A DNA stretch of 64,000 nucleotides from Octopus vulgaris (taxonomy: Eukaryota): positions 169,570,001 to 169,634,000 of the forward strand of contig OX597817.1 of the NCBI GenBank assembly GCA_951406725.2, in the 5' to 3' direction. The notes below the pieces were generated by a model that saw nothing but the letters and a program-made list of their open reading frames with translations, had not been told where the DNA came from and made no database searches. Below, piece by piece: positions 10,929 through 24,027 of the stretch. Within the stretch, counting starts at the first letter, position 1, and every line of letters begins with the position of its first letter. Both the position numbers and the translations under genes were made by a program.

Positions 10929-11524
10929 GTACCAGAAGTGCTGAGTATGCAGGGAGTATCTATCTCTTTAGTTTCCAGCTTCTCTAATTCCAGTCTTTGA
11001 CTTACCCCCAGTTTATTAAACTTATTTTCATCAATTTTTAAAATGTATAACAGTTCTATATAGCAATGTGTATCTCTCTTTTTACTTATTTTTTTCCTAT
11101 GTATAAAAAAAAATTGCTTTTTCTTCAGTATTTAACAGCAAATTTTTTTCTCCTTCTGTTTCCCCCTTTTTTCTGACTGTACCCACTTTGACAGCCCCTT
11201 TCATATCTGTTTTCTATTTCCTTCCTTTTTTTTATTACTTTCTCCACATTCTATACATGTTACATAACTTCCAAACTTTTTATGCATTTATTTTCTCACT
11301 ATTTACACCATTTATTCACCAGTGTTTTCCTTAAAATCTATATTGCTCCTACCTTCTCTTTCGCCTAACACACATGCCAGCCCCCCCCCCCATCCTTCAT
11401 GCCTTCCTTTCACATACAATATGATTACACCTTCACACCATCCTTCTACATTATCCCATATCACTACATTTCCATACTTGTACACCTCCACACACTAGAC
11501 TCACCCCAAGAAACCACGTACACC

Positions 11525-12310
11525 TGTAGTGACGCCAGGTTCCAGACACCATTTTGGGATTTTCATCTATGCATGTGCAAGTATTAGTCTTCCGGAAGGC
11601 CTGCCGGAAGCCCCTTATGCACATACGCAGTAATCAGCAGCAGCTAGCTTTTACCACTTTTCTTCCTTTTGCTTCCTGCTGCCGACAGAACCAAACGTGG
11701 CCAGACAAGCTCCATTGAAGGCGAATATGACTTGGCGAGCTGTGAAGAATGCCTTCAACAATTGTGATTTAAACCGACTCTGCTGTTTCCACCCCCGGGC
11801 GTCCAGGCTACCGATGTCAATGTCCAGAGATGGAATGCTTATTTCGGCAAAAATAAGTTATTATTGTTATTTGTTCAGAGATTCGTGTTCCTGCTATTTT
11901 TCCTTTCTACAACTATGTAAGGAAATGTGAGGCACCCAGCCAGTGCCGACTCTGCTGTTTCCACCCCCGGGCGTCCAGGCTACCGATGTCAATGTCCAGA
12001 GATGGAATGCTTATTTCGGCAAAAATAAGTTATTATTGTTATTTGTTCAGAGATTCGTGTTCCTGCTATTTTTCCTTTCTACAACTATGTAAGGAAATGT
12101 GAGGCACCCAGCCAGTGCCGACTCTGCTGTTTCCACCCCCGGGCGTCCAGGCTACCGATGTCAATGTCCAGAGATGGAATGCTTATTTCGGCAAAAATAA
12201 GTTATTATTGTTATTTGTTCCGAGATTCGTGTTCCTGCTATTTTTTCTTTCTACAACTATGTAAGGAAATGTGAGGCACCCAGCCAGTGCCAATATCGCA
12301 TCCTACTACA
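11525..12310. mobile_element. Solo LTR (Gypsy-like) containing a 3 x 172-bp tandem array
   Basis: TGTAGT...ACTACA terminal inverted repeat (TG..CA), 4-bp TSD CACC at 11521-11524 and 12311-12314; near-identical units start at 11774, 11946, 12118. Confidence 0.75.
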
Positions 12311-12508
12311 CACCCAACAGCACCACACACACTCCTGCCCTATGCCTATCACTATACATTGATGTCCTTCTATACATATATATTTCATCTCACCTTCTCA
12401 TCCCTTCTTAACTTCCTCCACAGAATCACATTTCCTCCTTGTTCCTCTAACCACCTTTTCTCATTCTTATTATTTTTCTTACCATTTTTTTCCTTTCTGT
12501 CATTTTCC

Positions 12509-12541
12509 CTGATGAAGGACAAGTGTCTGAAACGTCAAGAC
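12509..12541 (+). ncRNA. Degenerate minimal hammerhead motif (family G-like context)
   Basis: CTGATGA-A-GGAC aagt GTCT-GAAA-CG-TC; core intact but stem I does not pair well. Confidence 0.45.
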
Positions 12542-12693
12542 TTTTTCCTTTTATTTAAATGTTAAACTAATACATTTGTTAAAACTTGTCCTTTCCATGT
12601 TGTTGTGTGTTTTTTTTTTTCTGTACTCCTTGACTAATACATATATTTATATATTTTCTCTCTTACTCTATCCCTTCCATTCCTAATTCTCAG

Positions 12694-12908
12694 ATATATG
12701 CTGGGCCTGGCTGGAATTCCTTCTGCCATTCAGTTTATTGGGTTCATATTTATGCCAGAATCTCCACGCTGGTTGATTACTCGAAACAGAGACGATGAAG
12801 CAAGACTGGTCCTACAAAAGATGAGAGGCTACCGTGATATTGAAGAAGAACTAGAAAATATTAAAATCAGTTGCCATGAGGCAGAGCTGCAGGAAAAGAC
12901 AATTGCAG
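12694..12908 (+). CDS. SLC2A13: Proton myo-inositol cotransporter (HMIT/GLUT13)-like, first exon visible in window (internal exon)
   Basis: Pyrimidine tract and CAG acceptor at 12691-12693; reads (R)YMLGLAGIPSAIQFIGFIFMPESPRWL...EKTIA(G), with the sugar-porter PESPRWL motif; donor GTCAGT at 12909, phase 1. No upstream exon found in 1-12693. Confidence 0.93.
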
Positions 12909-13254
12909 GTCAGTGTATATTCATACATACAAGTTTGTGTGTGTGTGTGTGTGTGTGTTCAGCTGAGTGTGTGTTTCACAGTATGTGAATGCGTATGTAT
13001 GTTTATGTGTATATGTAACTAATGTGTGTTTGTGTGTGTGTACACAGGCATTTTTGCTTAGCCTTGAATCTGTTTGTATCTGTCAGACTGATCGAAGATG
13101 TCCTGCCATGACCATTCCATCTAGGCATATTATATTTAAGATTATATTAACCAACGTACCCTTCATTCCTTTTTTATCATTTTTATTGTTCAGCTCCAGA
13201 TCTGTCCTGATTTAGCTGCCCTACAATCAAAGGCATTCCAGCTATGGCCACATC

Positions 13255-13600
13255 TGAAGAAAGACCACTCACTCCGCTAATATTCCCTCAACCCTCTGGC
13301 CCACAGACATACTGTCTCCCCTCTCTGCCCTTTCTACTTCTTCTACTGTAACCGCTGTTTCTTGAAGTAGGCTAGTCATTTGTTCCTCACTCCTTTCATC
13401 AACAATATCCTATCCGGTACCTCAAGCTCCACTCTAGTCCCTGTGTGCAGTCCTTTCTAGGACAGCTGCCTTCTGAAATTCCTTCTCTGCACATGTTTTC
13501 TCTGTAGACATTTTATTGCATGTTGATCTTACCCAGTGTCCATGGAGCTTGCAAAGGTCATGAAGGCACAACCCATCCTCGTGACCAAACCAATACAAAA
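13255..13600 (+). mobile_element. Decayed LINE ORF2 3' fragment (CR1/Jockey-like)
   Basis: Broken reading LNPLAHRHTVSPLCPFYFFY...RTAAF*NSFSAHVF resembles the L..L.HRR.V..L..FY...RT..LWNSLP..VF end of such LINEs. Confidence 0.45.
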
Positions 13601-14968
13601 ATCACATCTAGAATTAGGTTATCCAATATGATGTAGCCTTCAGTTTTTAAAACCATAATAAATTCTTTATTATATTTAAAGTAATTGAAAGACACACAGA
13701 GCATCTCAAAATAAATGCAGTAATGAAAGGGTTAAGATAAGCCATCAGATTTTTGTTGGTTACTCGTCCAAAATAATTTTGTACTATCTGATGTGTTTAT
13801 TGAGTTAATGTAGAATTAAGTGTCCTGTCCAGAAATATAGCCATCCCTTGATGATTCACACTGGGTTTAAACTCAAAGTCCATGAGTTGGCACTACTGAA
13901 TCAGCTATTTTCCTTATGTACTATAGGAAGTGGGGAGAGAGTCATCATCATCATCATCATCATCGTTTAACATCCACTTTCCATACTAGTATGGGTTGCA
14001 CGATTTGACTGAGGACTGGCGAACCAGATGGCTACACCAGGCTCCAATCTGATCTGGTAGAGTTGCTACAGCTGGATGCCCTTCCTAACGCTAACCACTC
14101 CAAGAGTGTAGTGGGTGCTTTTACATGCCACCGGCACGAGGGCCAGTCGGGTGGTACTGGCAACGGCCACGCTCAAATGGTATTTTTTACGTGCCACCTG
14201 CACAGGAGCCAGTCCAGCGGCACTGGCAACGACCTCGCTTGAATGTTTTGTTCATGTGCCACCAGCACAAGTGCCAGTAAGGCAACGCTGGTAAAGAGTG
14301 TTGAAATATTTTAAAATGACAAAAGAGAAGACAATAGCTGATGTCAGTCTTTCAGTGAATGATCCAAGCTTGTCAGAAATATCTGAAATGCTGATTTATC
14401 CATATAGCTGAATCAGTAAGATAAAAGTTCTGATCACATTTATTGGCCATAAACAATTCAGGCTGATTAAGTCGGTGTCGACTGAGGCGAACAGATAGAA
14501 ACAGCTGTCGTTTGGTTTTAATGTACAACCACATCAATTATCAGCATCACAGAGTATTTAAATAAAGGCAAAAACACTTCAGTTTTGTGCACATATTTTC
14601 TTGACAGAAAGATATTCGTTATAATTTCTTCATTATTCAAAGAATGCACAGCAATCTCTTCATATTAATCGCATCTGAATTCTATTTTGCTTGTCGTCCA
14701 CTTCAGATGTCTGCCTGGAAAATCTTCCCACCTCTAATACATTTTCTTCCTGTCTTACTGTCTTTTATCTCTCTCTCTCTCTCTCTCTTATTCCTTGTTC
14801 CTTTCTATGTCATTCAATCTATTTCTGTGATATTTCACCATTTATTCCAACCTGGCTGCTGTGTCACTTGAACAATTTTCACCATTTGTTGTATAATAAG
14901 CAAAACAAAACGAGGACCTTGTTGTCGTGTTGGTCATGTGACAGCAAATATTAGTGGCTTACTAGTAA

Positions 14969-15043
14969 ACTAGCAAGATGTCAGACCATGTGACTAGCAA
15001 GATGTCAGACCATGTGACTAGCAAGATGTCAGACCATGTGACT
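14969..15043. repeat. 24-bp perfect tandem repeat x3
   Basis: (ACTAGCAAGATGTCAGACCATGTG)3. Confidence 0.95.
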
Positions 15044-16051
15044 GCACATATCCACAGGAATTACGATATTCTTCGATCATGTGATGACTAATGTTGCCTT
15101 AATGCCAGCTAACAAGAGATTAGCTAAATGACACAATAGGTTAGTTCAGACATAAACGTATAAGTTTGCACATATATTAACATAAGGAAACTAGAATTAT
15201 TTAAAAATCAAGTAATGCAGATCCTCATCATTTAACATCCATTTTTCTATGGTAGCATGAGTTAGACAGAAGTTGCTGAGGCAGCTTTTCTGCAGTTGGA
15301 CACCAGGCAAAATAATATTTCTCCATGGCTAAACATGTTCTTCACAAAAGACTGGAAATGAACAACACCTCTTGTATGACAGTGATGCTCATTTACTGCC
15401 ATCATATGATGTCAAGACAAATACACACAAACACACACATATAAACACACTCACATATGTATACACATACACACAATGTATACACATACATCAGGCTTCT
15501 TTCAGTTTCCACCAAATAAATCCACTCACAAGGCTTTGATTGGCCCAAGCCTATAGTAGAAGAACTTGCTCAAGATGCTGCACAGTGGGACTTCACCTGA
15601 ATCCACAGTTGGCAAACAAGCTTCTCAACTTAAAAAATAGGCACAGGAGTGGCTGTGTGGTAAGTAGCTTGCTTACCAACCACATGGTTCCATGTTCAGT
15701 CCCATTGCATGGCACCTTGAGCAAGTGTCTTCTACTATAGCCTCGGGCTGACCAAAGCCTTGTGAGTGGATTTGGAGGGAGAAACAGCTGTACCTGCAAC
15801 AAGCTGGTACTCTTTACAGCTGAGTAGACTTGAGCCTCATGAAATGAAATACTGAAATACTTTGCCCAGTCCAAAGAGGGAACCCACAAACCAATGATCA
15901 TGAGCCAAACCTCCTAACCATTAGGCCATGCTCTACATACTGCATTTAACTATTAACTACATATGACTATCATACATTTGAATACTGAAGGGTTGAACCT
16001 TCTTATCAGAAGGTTAAAAATATGTCATAGTTTTCAGTCATTGATATATAT

Positions 16052-16456
16052 TGGAGTGGCTGTGTGGTAAGTAGCTTATTTACCAACCACATGGTTCCGG
16101 GTTCAGTCCCACTGCGTGGCACCTTGGGCAAGTGTCTTCTACTATAGCCTCAGGCTGACCAAAGCCTTGTGAGTGGATTTGGTAGATGGAAACTGAAAGA
16201 AGCCTGTCGTATTTATGTATATATATGCATGTGTGTGTTTGTGTGTCTGTGTTTGTCCCCCTAGCATTGCTTGACAACCGATGCTGGTGTGTTTATGTCT
16301 CTGTTACTTAGCAGTTCGGCAAAAGAGACCGATAGAATAAGTACTGGGCTTACAAAAGAATAAGTCCCTGGGTCGAGTTGCTCGATTAAAGGTGGTGCTC
16401 CAGCATGGCCGCAGTCAAAAGACTGAAACAAATAAAAGAGTAAAAGAGTAAAAGAG
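16052..16456 (+). mobile_element. SINE family A, full length
   Basis: GGAGTGGCTGTGTGG head to (GTAAAAGA)n tail. Confidence 0.88.
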
Positions 16457-16814
16457 TATTGAATGGAAAATGATTTTGGAACTATACTTTATTATATGTT
16501 GTCTCCTCAGTTGATAGCCTGGTTTAACACTCATTAACTCATGAGTGATCTTAGCGGAATTCAATTTGCTGCAAGCCTTTTCCACATGTGAGGCCGTACG
16601 GTAAAAAGTTTGATTTCCAACCATATAGTTTCAAGATTAGTCCTACTGCATGGCACTTTGAGACAGTTCTACTGTAGTCCCAAGCCTACCAAAGCCTTGT
16701 GAGTGGTTCTGAGAGAAGGAATCTGAAGGAAACTCATCATATATATATATATATATGTATGTGTTTGTGTGTGTGTGTGTGTCCGTCTGTCTGTCTGTCT
16801 TGACATTGTGATTC

Positions 16815-17095
16815 ATCATCATCATCATCGTTTAACATCTGCTTTCCATGCTAGCATGGGTTGGATGATTTGACTGAGGACTGGCGAATCAGATAGCTGC
16901 ACCAGGCTCCAATCTTGATCTGGCAGAGTTTCTACAGCTGGATGCCCTTCCTAATGCCAACCACTCCGAGAGTGTAGTGGGTGCTTTTACGTGCCACTGG
17001 CATGAGGGCCAGTCAGGCAGTACTGGCAATGCCCACAAAAATGCATTTTTTAAAAAATTTTACATGTCACCTGCACACTGGCACAAGTGCCAGTA
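16815..17095 (-). mobile_element. Repeat family D, minus strand
   Basis: (CAT)n-CGTTTAACATC..CAGCTGGATGCCCTTCCTAATGCCAACC. Confidence 0.8.
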
Positions 17096-17227
17096 AGATG
17101 AGTAAATAATATCATTCATTTCCAATATTCTGTGGAAACATGTCTGGCCATAGGGAAAAATTTAGCTTGCATGGAAACTAGTGTGGTTTGGTGATAGGAA
17201 GGGTATCTGGCCATAGAAAAATCTACC

Positions 17228-17554
17228 CCAATAAATTCCATATGACCCATGCAAGCATAGGCAAGTGGATGTTAAAATGATATAATGGTGATGATGAGGG
17301 TGATGATCTCCTACTCCAAGAGCAATAAATATATTGGTACATTCGCAACTAAATTATCACCATTGTGTTTTCAATTTCAGGTAAAAATCCAATAAATTCC
17401 ATATGACCCATGCAAGCATAGGCAAGTGGATGTTAAAATGATATAATGGTGATGATGAGGGTGATGATCTCCTACTCCAAGAGCAATAAATATATTGGTA
17501 TATTCGCAACTAAATTATCACCATTGTTTTCAATTTCAGGTAAAAATCCAATAA
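17228..17554 (+). repeat. Tandem duplication (161 + 159 bp) covering the exon 17540 splice acceptor
   Basis: Two near-identical units bounded by CCAATAA at 17228, 17389 and 17548. Confidence 0.92.
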
Positions 17555-17651
17555 TTCTACAGATGATACAGACACCATCAGTACGTCGGGCACTCATCGT
17601 TGGTTGTAGCTTACAACTTATACAACAAGTAGCTGGTATCAACACAGTTAT
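17540..17651 (+). CDS. SLC2A13: HMIT-like exon (TM7: RRALIVGCSLQLIQQVAGINTVM)
   Basis: TTTCAG acceptor ending 17539; QQxxGINTV sugar-porter motif; donor AT|GTAAGT, phase 2; in phase with both neighbours. Confidence 0.93.
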
Positions 17652-17811
17652 GTAAGTATATCTTTCTTCTAAAATGGATTGCTAACATCTTTGTCTGTGA
17701 TATCAGCAGGACAAGGATGAAAATGACCAGAAAGATGTGATCAAAGGAATGAAATGAATAGATATTTGACTCAGAGTGGTATTATGCCATTAATGGTTAG
17801 AATATAAGCGA

Positions 17812-18483
17812 TGACTGGCATCTGTGCTGGCAGGGTGTCAAGAGCACCATCCGAGTGTGATCGTTGCCAGAGCAGCCAAATGACTTCCGTGCCAGTGGCA
17901 CTTAAAGGGCACCATTCGAGCGTGGTCGTTACCAGTGTCGCCTTACTGGCACTTGTGCTCGTGCTAGTAGGGTGTCAAGAGCACCATCCGAGTGTGATCG
18001 TTGCCAGAGCAGCCAACTGGCTTCCGTGCCAGTGGTACATAAAAGGGCACCATTCGAGTGTGATCGTTACCAAAGTCGCCTTACTGGCACATGTGCTGGT
18101 GGCATGTATAAAAGGATTCGAGCGTGATGTTGCCAGAGCAGCCAACTGGCTTCTGTACATGTGGCACGTAAAAAGGCACCATTCGAGCATGATCGTTACC
18201 AATGTCGCTCCACTGGCACCTGTGCCGGTGGCACGTGTTAAAAGATTCGAGCGAGGTCATTGCCAATACCGCCTGACTGGCCTTTGTGCTGATGGCATGT
18301 AAAAAGCACCCACTACACTCTCAGAGTTGTTGGCGTTAGGAAGGGCATCCAGCTGTAGAAACTCTGCCAAATCAAGATTGGAGTCTGGTGCAACCATCTG
18401 GTTCGCCAGCCCTTAGTCAAAATCGTCCAACCCATGCTAGCATGGAAAGCAGACGTTAAACGATGATGATGATGATGATGATG
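17812..18483 (+). mobile_element. Repeat family D, long copy with diverged internal tandem units
   Basis: Repeated GTGCC..GGCAC..AAAAG(G)CACC..CGAG units followed by the family D body and (GAT)n tail. Confidence 0.8.
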
Positions 18484-18804
18484 TTAAAAATTGGCACAAC
18501 TGTCTAAGACAGGTGCTGTGAAATTACTGCTGCCAATCTTTAGTATGGAAGGATATAAAGGACATAATCCTGAATGTAAGCATTTTCATTATCAAATATT
18601 TTGAGTATTTCATGTTATGTACAGATAGAGAAAGTACATCTTTCTCGTTTATCATGGTGGGGGTTTGGTTCCAGAAAATCTCAGTAATAAATGAACCCTT
18701 TCCACACACTTTGTAAATGGAATGAATGGTAGATTCTTCAATGCTAAACTCACAGCCCACAACTGCAAAGCTTCCACTACCATTTTATTTTCTGAATTAC
18801 CTCT

Positions 18805-19026
18805 CTTTACTCTTTTACTCTTTTACTTGTTTCAGTCATTTGACTGCGGCCATGCTGGAGCACTGCCTTTTAGTCGAGCAAATCGACCCAAGGACTTATT
18901 CTTTGTAAGCCCAGTACTTATTCTATCAGTCTCTTTTTGCCGAACCGCTAAGTGACGGGGACGTAAACACACCAGCATCGGTTGTCAAGCAATGCCAGGG
19001 GGACAAACACAGACACACAAACACAT

Positions 19027-19074
<48 letters not shown>

Positions 19075-19237
19075 GACAGGCTTCTTTCAGTTTCCATCTA
19101 CCAAATCCACTCACAAGGCATTGGTCGGCCCGGGGCTATAGCAGAAGACACTTGCCCAAGATGCCACGCAGTGGGACTGAACCCAGAACCATGTGGTTGG
19201 TTAGCAAGCTACTTACAACACAGCCACTCCTGCGCCT
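18805..19237 (-). mobile_element. SINE family A, full length
   Basis: (TCTTTTAC)n tail at left, head CCACTCCTGCGCC at right. Confidence 0.88.
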
Positions 19238-19331
19238 ATTCAACCTTTTCTTGTTGAGAATACATTTATTTGTGTTGTTTGTTTGATCAGGTGCCTTTGT
19301 AGTTTTTCTTTTCACGGGTCTTTTCCAGTTG

Positions 19332-19640
19332 ATGGGTATGAGTAGGATGGGTATGAGTGTGTGTATGGGTGTGAGTAGGATGGGTATGAGTGTGTGTATG
19401 GGTATGAGTAGGATGGGTATGAGTGTGTGTATGGGTATGAGTAGGATGGGTATGAGTGTGTGTATGGGTATGAGTAGGATGGGTATGAGTGTGTGTATGG
19501 GTGTGAGTAGGATGGGTATGAGTGTGTGTATGGGTATGAGTAGGATGGGTATGAGTGTGTGTATGGGTGTGAGTAGGATGGGTATGAGTGTGTGTATGGG
19601 TATGAGTAGGATGGGTATGAGTGTGTGTATGGGTATGAGT
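19332..19640. repeat. 33-bp minisatellite, about 9 copies
   Basis: (ATGGGTATGAGTAGGATGGGTATGAGTGTGTGT)n; 11-aa periodicity in the ORF track. Confidence 0.95.
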
Positions 19641-20264
19641 AGAAAAAGTCATATAAAAAATACAGGTGTGGCTGTGTGGTAAGAAGTTTGTTTCCCAACC
19701 ACATAGTTCTAGGTTCAGTCCCACTGTGTGGCCCTTTGGGTAAGTGTCTTCTACTATAGCTTCAGGCTGAGAAAAGCCTAGTGAGTGGATTTGGTAGCTG
19801 GAAACTATAAGAAGCTCGTCATGTGTGTGTGGTGTGTCTTGGTGTCAGTTTGTTCCACACCACCATTTGACAACCGATGTTGGTCTGCCTATGTCCCTGT
19901 AAAGGAAATCAATAAAATAAGTTCAAAGCAGTGCCCCAGCATGGCCACAGCCTAATGACTGAAACAAGTAAAAGATTAAAGATAAATGAGCCTTGAAGCA
20001 CACTATGCAAGGCGGCAAGTTGGCAGAATTGTTACCACGCTGGGCAAAATGCTTAGCGGTATTTCGTCTGCCACTACGTTCTGAGTTCAAATTCCGCCGA
20101 GGTCAACTTTGCCTTTCATCCTTCGGGGTCAATTAAATAAGTACCAGTTATGCACTGGGGTCGATATAATTGACTTAATCCTTTTGTCTGTCCTTGTTTG
20201 TCCCCTCTGTGTGTAGCCCCTTGTGGACAGTAAAGAAATAAGAAGCCTGTTGCATATATATATT

Positions 20265-20324
<60 letters not shown>

Positions 20325-21940
20325 TATTTGTCCCCCACCACCACTTGACAACCGATGTTGGTCTGTTTATGTACCCGTAACTTAGTAGCTCAGCAAAGGA
20401 AATCAATAAAATAAGTTCCAGGTTTTAAAAAATAAAGAAAGAAGTACTGGGGTAGATTTTATTCAACTAAAAATACTTCAAAGCAGTGCCCCAGCACGGC
20501 CACAGCCTAATGACTGAAACAAGTAAAAAATTGAAGATAAACGAACCTTGCAGCTCACTATGTAGACACAAATGATAGTCAGTGCATTCCGTTCATTGTG
20601 GTTGGTCACTGGGGCACATTTTGCACTACAAGCATAATCTTTGACTAACCACTGATCCATGTTATCACAGATCAATTTGTGATAAGCAGATCATGGTTCA
20701 CAATAGAGTGTACTTTGTTATCCAGGAACAGTGATAAATGAGGCTGTGACTGTGTGGTAACAAGCTTGCTTTTCAACCACATGGTTCCAGGTTCAGTCCC
20801 ACTGCATAGCACCTTGGGCAAGTGTCTTCTACTATAGCCTCAGGCCAACCAAAGCTTTGTGAGTGGATTTGGTATTTGGAAACTGAAAGAAGCCTGTTGC
20901 ATATATATATTTGTGTGTGTGTGTTTGTATTTGTCCCCCCACACCTCTTGACAACCAGTATTGGTGTGTTTACATCCCCATAAATTAGCAGTTTGACAAA
21001 AGAGATTGATAGAATTAGTACCAATCTTAGGTGTAGGGGTGGCTGTGTGGTAAGTAGCTTGCTTACGGAAGTGTGGCACCTTGGGCAAGTGTCTTCTACT
21101 ATAGCCTTGGGCTGACCAAAGCCTTGTGAGTGGATTTGGTAGCCGGAAACTAAAAGAAGTCCTTTGTATATATATATATATACATATATATGTATATGTG
21201 TGTGTGTGTGTGTGTGTGTTTATCCCCCCAACATTGCTTGACAACCGATGCTGGTGTGTTTATGTCCCCGTAACTTAGCAGTTCAGCAAAAGAGACCGAT
21301 AGAATAAGTACTAGGCTTACAAAGAATAAGTCCTGGGGCTCGATTTGCTTAACTAAAGGCAGTGCTCCAGCATGGCCACAGTCAAATGACTGAAACAGGT
21401 AAAAGAGTAAAAAAGCAAGTGCCAGGGTGGATTTGTTCGAGTAAAAATTTTTCTCGGCAGTGCCCCAGCATGACCACAGTCTAATGATTGAAACAAGTAA
21501 AACATAAAAGATAAAGATAATATATTGCAGTCTGGTCTTCCATACAGAGGGTTAACAGCTGTGATTCCATACATCACGCTTCTAAAGAAAAGCCAATGTA
21601 ATTATACAAAAGGAATATTTTTTTTTGAGAGTTCATTGGCCATAATTGGTTGTATGTATTATTATGTATTATAGAAGTGCATATTATATACAAATAAACA
21701 TGATATCATTCATGATTATTATAAAAGGATATCATTCATGTATATAGAGAAATTATCTTATTTGTGATTAGAGAGAAATAATATTTTATGGCCAGAATAA
21801 ATGGATGTTAGTAAAGATTAAGATGGGACAAATGGCAATATACTGTATAGCAGACTCAACCCAAGAGAGATAAAAAGCACATTAAAATAGCAGTGTTGTT
21901 GTTGTTGTTACTGATGATGATGATGATGCTGATGTTGCTG

Positions 21941-22295
21941 TTGAACGAAGCGGCCTTCGTGGGGGAAGTCCGAAACGTGGTTCTTTGCTATTCGTAAGAC
22001 CCGCAGAAGAAAAAGCAGGTCAACCCCCCCGACACCGAGAGCATCGACGGATGGATGAACGCGCATCCAGGCTCAGCGGTTGCGTAGGAAGTCGGGGACA
22101 AGAATCAGGAAGAAAGAGTGAGAGAGAGTTGGAGCGAAAGAGTACAACAGGGGTCGCTACCAGCCCCTGCCGGAGCCTCGTGGAGCTTTAGGTGTTTTCG
22201 CTCAATAAACACACACAACGCCTGGTCTGGGAATTGAAACTGCGATCCTCTGACCGCGAGTCCGCTTCCCTAACCATTGGGCCATTGCGCCTCCA
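21941..22295 (-). mobile_element. tRNA-derived SINE, head H1 with a distinct CpG-rich tail
   Basis: TGGAGGCGCAATGGCCCAATGGTTAGGG..GACTCGCGGTC head on the minus strand; ends in CAA-type repeats. Confidence 0.75.
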
Positions 22296-22673
22296 CTTGA
22301 TGTTGCTGCTGCCACCAAGAATGCTGAATTGATGTGAGGTTACAGGTCATGCAGAAGACAGAACATTTTGGTACAGCAATGATTTTAAGGAAAGCTTTGT
22401 GTATGCAAAGCACAGGGAAGGAAGCAGTAGGGGACCTTTGTCAACTTGTTGACTGCTCCTTAACTGAAATCTCCTGACTGTTCAACATTTACGAGTCTGT
22501 GATTCACAAAAATGAAAGAATAATCATTTCGACTATAGACACAAGGCCTGAAATTTGTGGGGAGGGGGACTAGTCGATTATATCAAGACTAATGCTCAAC
22601 TGGCGCTTATTTTACCAGCCTCAAATCGATGAATGGCAAAGCTGACCTCAGCACGATTTGAACTCAGAACATA

Positions 22674-22937
22674 AGAGTTGCTGAAGCATGGAACAAACTG
22701 CCGGCATCAGTTGTTTGTTGTCGGAGCACTGCATCCTTCAAAACTTCCATGCTTCCTGAGATTTGCCAACACTACACTTGATTTTCTCCCCTCCATACAC
22801 ACGCAAACATGTATCTGACTCATACACTGTTCGCTTTCCAGACATTTGTACATTACTGCATATACTCTATACGCACTTTTGACAAGTTGTAGTGCACCTG
22901 AGCACTGTATATAATAATTTCATTATTATTATTATTA
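22674..22937 (+). mobile_element. 3' end of a CR1-like LINE with (ATT)n tail, inserted in a family C SINE
   Basis: RVAEAWNKLPASVVCCRSTASFKTSMLPEICQHYT*, the RV..WN.LP..VV.....SFK CR1 end motif. Confidence 0.75.
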
Positions 22938-23228
22938 GAAAAGCACAAGAAATGTTGGAAAGCATTTTGCCCAGAAATGAGCCTTGTTAGCTTGCTGCCA
23001 TAATAATCCTTTCTTCTAAAGGCACAAGGTCTGAAATTTTGGAGTAGAGGACTAGTCGAGTACTTCCACCCCTGTGTTTCACTAGTACTTAATTTGCCAA
23101 CCTTGAAAGGACGAAAGGCAAAGTTGACCTTGGCGGAATTTGAACTCAGAACATAGAGACAGACAAAGTGCTGCTAAGCATTTTGCCTGGCATGCTAACG
23201 ATTCTGCCAACTCACCACCTTTTACTGT

Positions 23229-23512
<284 letters not shown>

Positions 23513-24027
23513 CAACAACAATACTAATGGTAGTGATGGCAGTGGTGGTGGAGCAGTCATGGCTTTGGTTCTAGTGGCGGATGGATGGGGTGGTGGTAAT
23601 AGAGGGAAAAATAATGTTGGCATGGAGATGATGTCAATGGCAGCAATGATTTGGAAAATAACTGCACAATGGGGGATTTATTTCAGTGTTAACACTGGTT
23701 AATACAATCGAGTTTAACCATTATTTTGAAGTGAGGTACTGGAAAATATTATTCTGTAAATCACACATCCTTAGCTGTTGGATAAAAGAAAGTTTGGAAA
23801 GGCATTAACTGGCATTACTGAACAAGAATGTGGCACAAGTGAATTCAAAGACCCAGTCTTCAACAAGCAATTAATGAGGAAACATAAATTATTATGGGTG
23901 TGTGTGTGTGTGTAGGAGGAGAAACATTTTCGAGCTTTTACAAACCAGATTAAAGGGACATGGAGGAGGACAGAATGGGATTAACGATTACTGATGTGAA
24001 ATAACCAAAGGTAATCTATGCAATATT

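Noticed and set aside
11774-12291. 172-bp tandem array as a possible retrozyme
   Set aside because: No hammerhead core found on either strand; it is explained as an LTR-internal repeat.
1-12693. Upstream SLC2A13-like exon (expected to end in GWR)
   Set aside because: No matching reading frame seen; it presumably lies 5' of the window.
14364-14515. Possible hammerhead (CCAAGC/GTTTGG stem I, TATCTG/CAGATA stem II, GAAA-CAGCTG-TC)
   Set aside because: No recognisable CUGANGA core between the stems; at best a decayed remnant.
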